Shown here: in pieces, positions 36,879-49,421 of the stretch | How the letters are laid out: the number at the start of each line of letters is the position of its first letter | Numbering within the stretch: the first letter of the stretch is position 1 | DNA from: Cetorhinus maximus | Taxonomy: Eukaryota | Length of the DNA stretch: 64,000 nucleotides | Direction of reading: 5' to 3' | NCBI RefSeq assembly: GCF_964194155.1 | Contig: NC_135902.1 | Span: forward strand, 40,238,001 to 40,302,000 | Made by a program: the position numbers and the translations under genes | The notes under the pieces: model-generated | The model's database searches: none | The model's input: the letters and a program-made list of their open reading frames with translations, nothing else | Told to the model about the DNA's origin: nothing

Positions 36879-39800
36879 CTTTCACCAGCTGAATGGCCAA
36901 TTCGGAATCCGGTCCATCTTCTCAGCTTCTGATCGCTGGGGCTTTTTGTGAGTCATTTCCAGCCGTTTCCACATCCCCATCTGCTCAGTGCCCCAGATCG
37001 CTGAACTCTACTTTCCATAATCACTCTCTCTTTTCAAATAGTTTCCAACTTTCCTGGTATTAAATTACTTTGTCAGTGGTCATCAGTTAAAGCACAGCGC
37101 CCACTACAGCAGCTCATTACAAATTCCATCACTCATCTCAAGAGAAGTTTACCATTGCTGTCAGGGCCAGCTTATTGCACCGAACCCCCTCGACTGTTAC
37201 ACACCAACGTGTAAGGGCTGTTTATTCTCCCGGCATTAACTTCCAGAGTGTGTTTAAAACACTGCAGATTTACTTGTCAAATAGCTCACTCACTAAATTC
37301 TAACCTCTTCACATATCCAGATTCATGGGCACTGGAATATTTATTAACTGCTCTCAGGTATTTAGACAAATAACCAAAAAAAAAACACATCTTGGGTTGA
37401 AATGTTAGTTCGCTGATCTTGGGAGAGGTTGAAGGGGGAAAGAATGGATGTTAACTGGCGGGTGAGAGCATTTCTGCTCTGGCACATCAACATGCTGCTA
37501 GTCCCTATACAGTTCAAATTGGAAAGGGGGTACGATCGCCCTCCGCCCCCCATGTTTTAATCAGCACTTGATTAAAAACAGCTTTCAAATAAGGCGCACA
37601 GGCAACACACACACACCAGATGATTGAAAGTATTTGAACAATGTCCTCATACAGACAGCTCCGGATGTCACTTTTTTCCCTCGATTGTGTCGAAAGACAT
37701 CCCTGGAATTCCTCAAAATGTTCTCCTCCCTCATCAATCACATGTCACGCCTAATTTAACACTTTCCCCGTCTGGCAAATGTTCAAAACTCCAAAAATAA
37801 AATATTACATCCCCTGGAATCCTGTGGATCGACGGGACGTACCTCCCTGCGAATCCTCAGCAAGTATATGAAGCCTCTCATTTTAACCTGGCCTAATCTG
37901 CCTTTAAATCTGTCAGGGCTGGACTGGACCCTTCCCCCTTTAACGGGGGGAGTCACCATTTGAGAGGAGGGCCTCCTATTTTAGGCCACAACTTTTTGAA
38001 AATCACTTTAGGCGTCAATTAGACCCCAGCTTTTAACTAAGATGGGAACTTTGCAGCGTTTCACTGTTGAAGGGAGCGGGGCATGTGTATTTCAGACAGG
38101 TTTCGCAATAGTTTAGGGCATCATTACTAAAGTTCGATTTGCGAAAGAATATATTGAGTGCAACCAATTAATAGGAAGGAAATAAATCCCTTTACTGGCA
38201 GGACTCGTCAATGTAAAGTTATTCACTTTTGATTCTGCAGAATCTGTGGCTGCTGCAGGCCAGACCGCTTGGTCTAAAGTTTTGAGGACCTCTGCACCAG
38301 CAGTGGGTGTAAGAACTGCACAACCTGCCTTAAAGGAAGGAATGGTCAGGCTGAGCCTTACCCTCACCTCTTGCCAGGTTTAGTTGAGCATGTTTGCGGA
38401 CCTGGTTCCCTTATGCTGCACTCTCACCCCTCCCCACCCACCGCGGTCAAGCACTCTTTCAAAGGACCACTGGCCGTGATGTGGGACAAAATCATAGCGA
38501 AGCGCTCCCACCTCTAAAATCGGGCGGCTGTCTTCCATCTCCACTGGTCTCCTTTTAAAATTAGCTACTCTTTCAAAAGTGGGGCTGACTCTCACTTGGG
38601 AAGGACGTTGACAGTGATTCGGAGAAGCGTCGCAATGGGGCTCTCTTTAAACAATGGGCTTGATCCGCAGCCCTTCGGATTATATATGGACTTGGCGGAT
38701 CCACGGAACCTAAATTTAAGCAAAGGTAATTTCCGCTTCATTTTTATTTTTCTCTTCATGCATTCAACCCTTGAGGTCGCAGTCCCCAGGGGAGTTTAAT
38801 TTACAGTGGGTTATTCATTACGGCCATCCTCAAACGGGTTAACGGTGGGTTGGGTGAGGGGGGGGTTCCAGAAGGCAGCACATTCCACTATCCCAATCTT
38901 CAGACTTTCCTTGACCCCCCCGGCAAGAAATGAATGGGGGTGGGGGCGGGGAGCCCCATGTGATCATCTTTCAATAGATTCAAGAGTTATACTCACTGAA
39001 TTTAAATTCCACCAGCCACCCTATCGATTTCTTAAACCTATGCATTGGGTGTTACATCTTTGTTTACAGAGAAAACGACAATCCCCCATGGAAAAGCGGC
39101 ATTTCCCAATTACAACCGTTATTCGCGCAGATTAATGTTCATGCACTGTTCGTTATCTTTAATGGGGGCTGGACTTAAACTTTAATTGGCCCCCGGGGGA
39201 GGTGCGGGGGAGTCACGTCTCCCTATTGTCATGAAAGAGAATAAAATCAGAAAATGCATTACCAGAGAATCCAGTAGGTCTGGTGCGAATGAGGCACACA
39301 CAAGGGCTGGATGGAGTCTGACACTGCAGACTTGCCTTAATACACGCGAGAGGCTGCAACAAAACATTCCCCAATGCGGCTTGACAATGACTTTGAAGTA
39401 TTTTTTTTTTAAACACCGTTTTAATTCATATACATTTCCAATAAATTATTGCGCTTGTGACCCGATCTTTATCTTCTTCGGTCTTTCCTGTTTTTCTGCA
39501 GCAGATTTCCCAGGGACAATCCCTCATAAACACGATTCCTGCAATGTCAGCGGTCCTATGAACCCAAGGCCCACATTTCCCCCACTGACCATCATTTCGA
39601 GTTGTTTAAATTCTGCAACAGGATTTAAAGAAAACGAGCCACGTGTACATCCCCTTGATTGCGTTTCGAGCGATTATCCAGTTGTGACCCATGTACCTTC
39701 CTGCACATATAGAAGGGTACAGCACATGGTGGGCTCTTCACGCTTTTGTAGGTTCTCCAAGAACTGCCCATTCCTGTTACCCCGCACCTAGACATTTCCC

Positions 39801-40282
39801 TTTTCTTTTTGATATACATATCCATTCCCTTTTAAACGCTCCTATAGTTTCTATACCATTGCTGTTACTGACGGGGCTGTTCATGCTCTGACAATCTTCT
39901 ACTTAAAAATAATGATTTTGATGAGGATGATAGAGTGATGGGAAATATGGTGAGGTGCGGGGTTGGGGGAGATGGTAGCGCAGTGAGACTGTCACTAGAT
40001 TAATAATCGACAGGTTAATGCACTGGCCTCATGGGTTCAAACCCCACCAGGGTGGCTGGTGGAATTTAAATTCAATGAACGTAAAGCGAGTCTCAGTAAT
40101 GGTGACTGTGACGTTGTTGTAAAAACCCGTCTGGGTTTATAATTAGGACCATGGTACAGAAAGAGCCCATTGTATCTGCACTGGCCCAAGAAAGAAACTA
40201 GCACCCCGTTTTAATCCCACTTTTCAGCACCTGGTCCCTAGCCTTGCAGGTTACATCAGCAGATCCAGGTATCTTTTAAATG

Positions 40283-40417
40283 CTCTGAAGAAGAGGTATA
40301 CGGACGCAAAACGTTAACTCTGTTTCTCTCTCTCCCCAGATGCTGTTGGACCTGCTGAGTATTTCCAGCGTTTTCTGTTTTTGTTTCAGATTTCCAGCAT
40401 CCGCAGTATTTTGCTTT
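40283..40417 (+). mobile_element. ~135-bp Penelope-terminus-derived insertion
   Basis: TSD TA(T/C)CTTTTAAATG at 40270-40282 and 40418-40430; the corresponding empty site is visible in the related CR1 tail at ~63471-63500. Confidence 0.85.
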
Positions 40418-41048
40418 TACCTTTTAAATGAGTTGAGCATTTCAGCCTCAACCACCAACTTTGCAGTGAATTCCAGACACCCACCACCCTCTGGGTGAAA
40501 AGGTTTTTCCTCATGTCCCCTCTAATCCTCCTACCAATCACCTTAAATCTGTGCCCCCTGGTAATTGACCACTCAGCAGGAGGAAACAGGTCTTTCCTGT
40601 CTACCCTACCTAGGCCCCTCATAATTTTGTACAACTCAATTAGGTCACCCCTCTACCTCCTCTGTTCTGAGGAAAACAACCCTAGCCTATCCAATCTTTC
40701 CTCATAGCTGCGATTTTCAGGCCCTGGCAACATTCTTGTAAATCTCCTCTGCACTCTCTCCGACAGCAATTATGTCCTTCCTGTAATGTGGTGACCAGAA
40801 CTGTGCACAAAATGTCAGCTGTGGCCTAACCAGCATTTTATACAGTTCCATCATTACATCCCTGCTTTCATATTCAGTACTTCACCCAATAAAGGAAAGC
40901 ATTCCATATGCCTTCTTGACCACCTTGTCCAACTGCCACCTTCAACACCTGTGGATGTGCACGCCAAGGTCTCTCACTTCCTCAACCCCTCTCAATAACT
41001 TCCCATTAATTGAGTAATCCCTTCTTTGTTTGCTCTCCACAAATGCAT

Positions 41049-42532
41049 TAAGACCAGAAGACCATAAGACATAGGAGCAGAAATTAGGCCATTCGGCCTA
41101 ATCGAGTCTGCTCCGCCATTCAATCATGGCTGATAAGTTTCTCAACCCCATTCTCCCGCCTTCTCCCCGTAACCTTTGATCCCCTTACCAATCAAGAACC
41201 TATCTATCTCCGTCTTAAATACACTCAATGACCTGGCCTCCACAGCCTTCTGTGGCAATGAATTCCATAGATTCACCACTCTCTGGCTAAAGAAGTTTCT
41301 CCTCATCTCTGTTCTAAAAGGTCTTCCCTTTACTCTGAGGCTGTGCCCTCGGGTCCTAGTCTTTCCTACTAATGGAAACATCTTCCCCACATCCACTCTA
41401 TCCAGGCCTTTCAGTATTCTGTAAGTTTCAATCAGATCCCCCCTCATGCTTCTAAACTCCATCGAGTATAGACCCAGAGTCCTCAAACGTTCCTCATATG
41501 TTAAGCCTTTCATTCCTGGGATCATTCTCGTGAACCTCCTCTGGGCCCTCTCCAGGGCCAGCACATCCTTCCTGAGATACGGGGCCCAAAATTGCTCACA
41601 ATATTCTAAATGTGGTCTGACCAGAACCTTATAAAGCTTCAGCAGCACATCCCTGCTTTTATATTCTAGTCCTCTCGAAATAAATGCCAACATTGCATTT
41701 GCCTTCCTAACTATCGCGTCAACCTGCAAGTTAACCTTACGAGAATCCTGGACTAGGACTCCCAAGTCCCTTTGCACTCCAGATTTCTGAATTCTCTCCC
41801 CATTTAGAAAATAGTCTATGCCTCTATTCTTCCTACCAAAGTGCATGACCTCACACTTCCCCACGTTGTATTCCATCTGCCACTTCTTTGCCCATCCTCC
41901 TAACCTGTCCAAATCCTTCTGCAGCCTTCCCGCCTCCTGAATACTACCTGTCCCTCCACCTATCTTTGTATCATCTGCAAACTTAGCCAGGATGCCCTCA
42001 ATTCCTTCATCTAGATCATTAGTGTATAAAGTTGTGGTCCCAACACTGACCCCTGTGGAACTCCATTAGTCACCGGCTGCCATCCTGAGAAGGACCCCCT
42101 TATCCCCACATCTGCCTCCTGCCAGACAGCCAATCTTCTATCCATGCTAGTACCTTGCCTCTAACACCATGGGCTCTTATCTTACTGAGCAGCCTCCTGT
42201 GTGGCACTTTGTCAAAGGCCTTCTGGAAGTCCAAGTAGATAACATCCATTGGCTCTCCTTTGTCTAACCTACTCGTTACCTCCTCAAAGAATTCTAACAG
42301 ATTTGTCAGGCATGACCTCCCCTTGATGAAACCATGCTGACTTTGCCCTATTTTACCATGCACTTCCAAGTATTCTGAAATCTCATCCTTAATAATGGAC
42401 TCTAAAATCTTACCAACGACCGAGGTCAGGCTAATCGGCCTGTAATTTCCCGTCTTTTGCCTCACTCCCTTCTTAAACAGGGGGGTTACATTAGCGAATT
42501 TTCAGTCCTCTGGGACCCTCCCTGACTCCAGT
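41049..42532 (-). mobile_element. Younger CR1 LINE, 5'-truncated, nested in the older CR1
   Basis: ORFs 42100-42465 (YLDFQKAFDKVPH) and 41142-41912 (RPHLEYC, FFSQRVVNLWNSLP); FADDTK at ~41965-41982; 8-bp repeat tail TAAGACCA. Confidence 0.92.
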
Positions 42533-42861
42533 ACCTTATACTTTTCTGGATTGAATTCCATTTGCCATTTTCCCACCTACTCAACCAAACCATTGAAATC
42601 ATTCTGAAGTCAACAGCTAACCTCTTCATTATCAACTATATGGCCAATTTTTGTGTCATCTGCAAATTTCCCAATCATGCCTCCCACATTTAAGCCTAAC
42701 AAAGTCAACAAACAGCAAGGGCCCCAACACTGAGCTCTGCGGCACACCACTGGAAACCGATTTCCATTCGCAAAAACATCCATCAGCCTTTATCCTTTGT
42801 TTTTTGTCACTGAGGCAATTTTGGATCCGACTGCCACCTTCCCCTGTATCCCATGATATCT

Positions 42862-42992
42862 CTGAAGAAGAGTCATACAGACTCAAAACCTTAACTCTGT
42901 CTTTCTCTCCACAGATGCTGTTAGACCTGCTGAGTATTTCCAGCACTTTCTGTTTTTGTTTCAGATTTCCAGCATCAGCAGTATTTTGCTTT
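42862..42992 (+). mobile_element. ~131-bp Penelope-terminus-derived insertion
   Basis: 15-bp TSD TATCCCATGA(T/G)ATCT at 42847-42861 and 42993-43007; begins at CTGAAGA. Confidence 0.85.
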
Positions 42993-45274
42993 TATCCCAT
43001 GAGATCTTACTTTCCTGATCAGTCTACCATGTGAAACCTTGTCAAATGCCTTACTGAAATACATGTAGACAACATCCACTGCACTACCCTCATCAATCCT
43101 CCTTGTTACTTCCTCAAAAAACTCTATTAAGTTAGTAAGACACAATCTTACCCTAACAAAACCATGCTGACTATCCCTGATCAATCCGTGTCTTTCTAAG
43201 AGACAGTTTATCCTGTCTCTCAGAATTGTTTCCAATAATTTGCCCACCACCAAAGTCAGACTGACCGGCCTATAATTTTCTGGCCTATCCTCCACACCCT
43301 TTTTAAATAATGGTACAATGTTCACAGACCTCCAATCCTCTGCGATCTCGCCTGTATCAAGTGAGGATTGGAAAATGATCCACAGAGCATCCACTATTTC
43401 CTCTGTGGCTTCCTCCAACAGCCTGGGATACAATCCATCTGGTCCTGATGGTTTATCCAACTTCAAGGATGCCAAAACCTCCAGTACTCCCTCTCTCACA
43501 CTGCTTATTGTATCTAATGTTTCACACTCCTCCTATTTAACTAGAATGTCTGCATCATCCCTCCCCTTAGTGAAGACAGAGACAGAGACTCATTGATAAC
43601 CTTGCCCACATCTTCTGCATCAGCCCGCAAGTTACCATGTACATCTCTGATAGGCTCTACCTTTTCCTTAGTTATTCTCTTGCTCTTAAGGTACTGGTAA
43701 AACATCTTAGGATTTTCTCTGATTTTACCTGTCAATATTTTTCCATATCCTCTCTTCTGCTTTCCCAATTTCCATTTTTACTTCAACACTGTTCTTTCTA
43801 TACTTCTCCAAGCGTGTGACTGTCCTTTAGGGAAGGAAATCTGCTGTCCTTAGCCGATCTGGCCTACGTGTAATTCTGGACCCACATAATGTAGTTGACT
43901 CTTAACTGCCCTCTGAAATGGCTTAGCAAGCCACTCAGTTCATGGGCAAAAAAAGGGATGGACAACAAATGCTGGCCTTGCTAGTGACACTAGCATCTCA
44001 TGAAATAATAAAGAATGATGCTTTGGACTTAGGCCCTCTGGTTTTCTCCCTGTTTATTTCATAACATTTCAGAATTGAGTACATATCTACCAGATCTTTC
44101 CATAATCTTCTCTGTTCTAATAAAATGAGCCCCAGTTCTGAGGAGTCTTGTCTCATAACTAAAGCCTCAATCCTTAGCATAATCTAAATTTATGTGTTAC
44201 CTGCAGAGGCACTGCAGTTGAGCTCCAGATAGTGGGCCTCTTAACTTTTGCTAACATTACAAGTGACCACCATTCAAAAATTCTACATAGGTTGGAAAAT
44301 GATGTCAGACGCCTTGACCTGAGGACATGAAAAGCACCAAATAAATATGAATTCTTCCTTTCTACTCCTGATGCTAGTTTCACATTGTAAAGATTCCCAT
44401 TGTCCAAACTGCACAGATCTGTATAGGCAACAACTTTGTGCTGGAGTGAACTAAAGCTATGTATATGTCCATAAATTCACATTCCGCAGAAAGCATTTTG
44501 TGAGTAGCCTCTCACTTACACCTTACATCATCCACATTTTATCCACACATTTGAATTATTCTGCAGCTGCAGGTTTTCTGTTTTACGTTGATATCATGCC
44601 AAATTTTTGATTCCTTCTACAGTTAGTTAATGATCTTATGTGAGATGTGAGTGATCCAAAGGAGCTGGGGATATAAATGCCAAGCAAAGGTTTTTTCTAC
44701 AACAATAATTTGCATTTATTTAGTGCCTTTAATGTAGAAAAAAAATCCCAATGTCCTTCAGAGATGCTAATATTCCTGATTATTTTTTCACAATATTGGC
44801 CAAATGCAATAGATGCTGTTGTATCTATATTAACTCCCTGTCCAATGTATGTTGTGATGTATCATCTGTGTGCAGTGCGTAGTTTTTAACCAGTTGGATT
44901 TTGCAATAATTATGTCTTGTAACGATAACCCTTGAGCTAATGGAAAGTCACAAAATGAAGGAGGGATTTTTAAGCAGACCCTTGACACAGTAACTTATCT
45001 GTTCCTGACACCTTCTCAAGGGCAAATATGCTTGGGCAATAAATACTGGCATTGCCAATGATGTCCACATCCCATGAAAAAATTTTGAAAAGATGATGAC
45101 AGACTTTGGCGAGTGCTTCCAGAACATTCTGCTTGCATTTCAGATTTCCAGCAGCTGCAGTTTTTCTGTTTTATATCACACCAAGTCTTTGATTCCATAT
45201 ACAGCTAGTTCAAGATCCCATCTGTGTGATCTGAAGGAGCTGGGGAAAAACACGCCAAGCAAAGATGTCTTCTG

Positions 45275-47680
45275 CTACAACAATAACTTGTGTTTATTTA
45301 GTGCCTTTAATGTAGAAAAATGTCTCAATGCGCTTCAGAGGTGTAATCAGAAACAAATGGCACTGAGCCAAAGAAAGAGTATTAGATGGGAGTAGCTAAA
45401 ACTCGGTCACAGTGTAGTTTTACACTCAGGCTTAAAGGAGATTTACAGACCTAAGCGAGGGATTCCAGGTCATGGGGCCTGAGTGGCTTAAGGCATGGCT
45501 GTCAATCATGGGCAAAGGAACGCTGGGGGCTGCTTGTATGGCAGGAGTGAAAGAAACAGATAGTTAGGGGAGCATTGGCATATGATGTTGTGTAGCTGGA
45601 AGTAGGTGGTCCTTGTACTTGAGAAGATATGTAGTCAGAGGCTCTGCTGAGGTTGAACAGGATAAGGGGAGGTGTTGGCATAGTGGCGTTGTCACTGGAC
45701 TAATATTCCAGAGACCCAGGGAATGCTCTGTGGACCTGGGTTTGAATCCTGCCATGGCAGATGGTGAAATTTCAATTCAATAAATGAAAATTAAACAATT
45801 GTTGTAAAAACCTATCTGGTTCACTAATTCCCTAACTAAGGGGGAGAAACCTGCAATCCTTATCTGGTCTACATGTGACTCTAGACTCACAGCAATGTGG
45901 GTTGATTCTTAAATGTCTTCTGGACAAGATGGGTAATAAATGCTGGCTGAGCCCAGTGAATGAAAAGACAATCTCTGGGAAATTGCAGCTTGCCAATACA
46001 GAGGCAATGGAGGGTGTGGGAGCAGATGTTGTCAATGTTCATGTAGAATAACTGCAGATTTTGCCAAAGGGCAACATTTATATGTGGAAGAGGATGGGGC
46101 CAGGGCTCAACCCATGGAAGGTTCTGGAGGTAATGGCGTGGAAGTAGAAGGAGATGTGATTTCTGGAAAGAATCTGCCTATTATCAGCTTGGGGAAAAAA
46201 ATAAAAGCAAGTGAGAGAAGTTCAACTGAGGCGGAGAAAGGAGGAGAGCCATTGGAGGAGGAGGATTGGGTTGACTTACGTAAAGGACTGCAGAGGCATT
46301 GAAGAGGACAAGGTGCAATAATGCATCATGGTCACTGTCACAAAGAGTCTAATTTGTGCTTTTGATCAGGGTCATTTCAATTCCTTGGCAAACCCAGAGA
46401 TTGCAGAGATTCAAACATGGAGTTATAGTAAATTTGGGCACGGATTTGGGAGGCAGCAATCTAATCAAAGGCCTTGGAGAGAAAAAAAAAATTTGGAGAT
46501 GAGCTGGCGGTTTACAAGGACTGATGGGTGGAGGATAGTTTTTTGAGGGAAAGGTGAAAGGTAGGGGACGGGATCTGAGAAGAGGGAAGCATTTACAATG
46601 GATGCTAACATGGCAGACAGAAGGGGAAGTGGCTGAGTCGTCATCAGTTTTAGTGGGAATGGGATAAAGGCAACAAAATGGTGATGGTCTCATGAAGAAA
46701 GAGAGCATAGCAAGGGCATGAGAGGAAATAGAAGAGAAACGAGAGATGTGGGGTCAGCTTGAGGGCAGGCAGGGGAGCCTGGGGGGTAGTTTGGTTTTGT
46801 GAGGAAGGGGAAGGATGGAAACATCAGAGAAAACTGAGAAGATGGTCACAATCATAATGATGATGAAGTATTGGAGGAGGTGAGTCTGGAGGGGCCAGGA
46901 AAGAGGGGATTAAGAAGGCAGTTGGTAATGGAGAAGATAAGCCTAGGGACAGCTCTGCTGTGCAAAATGATTCTTGAGTGGTAGAGAGTTTTGGCAGAGA
47001 AGAGTGAAACTTTCCAGCACTTTCTCTGCTCTAGCCTGATTCTGGAGGTGGAGGCTAAACCCACTGTGCACCAAAGATAAAAGTGAAAAAGTGAGAAAGC
47101 ATCAATAGAGAGAATAATATTTCTGGCATGCTCTCACCAGCAGCTCCCACCCCACCCCCTCCCTCCAAGTGCTGACATCCAACCACACATCCCCCCCATC
47201 AGACAGACTGGTTACTTCCACATCAGTAAAATTGCCCACTTCTGTCCCTACTTCAATCCATTTGCTGCTGAAACCTGTACTCATTCTAATGTGCTCATAA
47301 ACTTCAACTCACTGGAAGCTCAGCTGCCTTTATCCTATTCTCTACTCATTCCTCCCTATCTCTGTAACTGACTCTAGCCCAACAACATCCACAGTATTTT
47401 GCATTTCAAACCCTCTGAGATCTCTTCATCCTCTCAATTCTGGTATTTTATGCACCCACCCTCCTTTCACTCCACTATTAGCAGCCATACCTCCAGCTAC
47501 TTCGGCCTTAAGCTCTGGAATTCCCTCCCTAAACCTCAACACTGTACTGCATCTCTCTCCTCCTAGCTGCTTTTTTGGCTCAGCATCCTTTTATTTTGTC
47601 TGATGGTGATTACACTTTTGTGAATCACCTCGGGCTGGTCTTGTACACTGAAGACGCTATATAAATGCAAGTGTTTATTG
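45275..47680. mobile_element. Cluster of degraded L2 fragments with an inserted tRNA-SINE (~45665-45965, +)
   Basis: L2-like terminus at ~45278 (-); opposite-orientation L2 end at 47130-47680 (CTCTGGAATTCCCTCCCTAAACC..GCTATATAAATGCAAG); SINE A/B boxes at ~45670-45750. Confidence 0.55.
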
Positions 47681-47810
47681 TTGTCAGCAAAGGTCCACAG
47701 ATACGCTCCAGTCTGCTTTCTTTGGACATGAAGCGAAGATGGTGGATATGGGAGAGAATGAAGGTTTTTTTCTGGGGAAAGAGGGGAGATAAAAGGGATC
47801 GAGTCATTTC

Positions 47811-48391
47811 TTTTTTTATTTGAAAAATATACTTTATTCATAAAATATCTGGAAGAACATTCCAAACCATTTCAAAATCACCATCACATAAGTACAATCA
47901 GATTCAACTTTTACACATGTATCACAAGGTGCATCAATACAATCAATGAATATTACAATCATTTCAATATGGTCAATGCAGGCAATCAGACAATGGTATT
48001 GGAGTTATCAACATACATCATGTTGCACTCTGAGGTGCTTCAATACAATTATAATACAATTAGTATTCAATGCATACATTCATTTTGAGCTGTACAGCCC
48101 GGGGGGCTCTCAACAGTTCCCAGCCCCTCGGTGCACTGTGGCAGAAAGGTCTTAGACAGCGACCTTTCCCCATTGCGCCTTTGCGGCGGCTGCCCCAAGC
48201 TTTAGTACGTCCCTCGGCTCGTAGTCCTGGACTTTGGAATGTGCCAGTCTGCAACACTCGGTTGGGGACAACACTTTGCGCTGGAAGACCAATAAGTTTC
48301 GGGCAGACCAAAAAGCGTCTTTCACCGAGTTGATGATCCTCCAGCTGCAGTTGATGTTTGTCTCGGTGTGTGTCCCTGGGAACAGCCTGTA
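47811..48391 (-). mobile_element. Tx1/L1-clade LINE 3' end with A-rich tail
   Basis: 10-bp TSD GAGTCATTTC at 47801-47810 and 48392-48401; minus-strand frame reads ..WRIINSVKDAFWSARN..KAQWGK, like a Tx1 ORF2 C-terminus; AATAAA plus A-run at the 3' end. Confidence 0.75.
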
Positions 48392-49079
48392 GAGTCATTT
48401 CAACCATTTTGAAAGACTTGGAAGCAGTTGACTGACAAGTAACTTTGCCAGAGCATTGGATCAAATCCAGATGGAACGCGTATACATTCACAACATTCCA
48501 GTTTCTAGCTGATAGTTGGAAAAACGTCATGGAGCTAGATTGAAAACGAGTCACAATTTATTAAATCATATTTAGAGCTCAAACCAGTCAAACCAGCACT
48601 GGGAGTATCCAAATCTGTAATTTAATAAATTATGCAAATAACAGCGGAATAATTTACCTCGTGCTTTGTGCTGCAAATTCCCTATGATTCAATTAATGTT
48701 GGATTATATATTCAACTGCCTGCGGTATTTAAAATATTTCTGCATTTAGTCTAATGCTGTTGGGATATTTATTGTTGACTTCCAAAATGCATGATGCGAT
48801 GATTAGACTAATTTATTAATGTGATAGCACCGTAAGATACCAGCGACAGTACAAACAGGAAGCTTAGCGTCAATTAAATAATTTTTGCAGCAGCATTAAG
48901 TGTTTATCTGCAAAATGAAAAAAAAAAATGAATGGTGCTTGGCGACAACGAATTGGTTTTACTCCGTTTTTTTAATTAAATGCATATTCCTTTCTTTTAA
49001 AGTTGCAGATCAACGCGGAACTAAGGTCCCCACTTGCTGACTTCCACTGGGCTGCAAAAAGCAACAGGACTTGGATTCT

Positions 49080-49313
49080 GCCTCTGGAAACCTCCGGCGC
49101 CGCGCGAGAGGGGAGGCAGCGCTCTGACTGACGGGCGGCGCAGCCAATCAGCCGGCGGGGCTTCCCCAACCCCGCCTCCCCATTGGGCGAGGGCGGAGGC
49201 GGCCCAGCCAACCAGCGCGGCGGAGGCGGCGCTTGTGTGTTGCCCGAGAGACACGTGTGCAAGTGGATGAGGAAGTGAATGGGAGCAGTGGCTGCTGCGG
49301 GACTCAGGGGACA
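49080..49313 (+). promoter_or_regulatory. SLC39A11: CpG-island promoter of SLC39A11
   Basis: Dense CpG; CCAAT at 49144-49148, ATTGG at 49182-49186, GC boxes, E-box CACGTG at 49252-49257, MRE core TGCACAC (-) at 49255-49261, ETS-like GGAAGT at 49271-49276. Confidence 0.7.
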
Positions 49314-49421
49314 ATGATCGAGGGCTGGAGCCCGGTTCTTCAGAGCCTCCTGGGCACCTTCTTCACCTGGGGGCTCACCGCTGCTGGAGCTGCGCTGGTT
49401 TTCGTCTTCTCGCACGGCCAG
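49314..49421 (+). CDS. SLC39A11: Zinc transporter ZIP11, first coding exon (108 nt)
   Basis: MIEGWSPVLQSLLGTFFTWGLTAAGAALVFVFSHGQ matches the ZIP11 N-terminus; donor CAG|GTCAGT, phase 0. Confidence 0.95.

Larger units (their letters stand above)
40140..43815 (-). mobile_element. CR1 LINE hosting nested insertions
   Basis: RT fragments in ORFs 42975-43499 (NYRPVSLT, SQHGF, FSKAFDKV), 42656-42946 (SGVPQSSVLGP) and 40386-40634; interrupted at 40283, 41049 and 42862. Confidence 0.88.

Noticed and set aside
39186-39791. 201-aa ORF upstream of the second receptor
   Set aside because: TTG start, spans homopolymer runs and has no recognisable domain; probably chance.
48972-49415. 147-aa antisense ORF at the SLC39A11 start
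   Set aside because: Stop-poor frame across a CpG island and the antisense of a coding exon.
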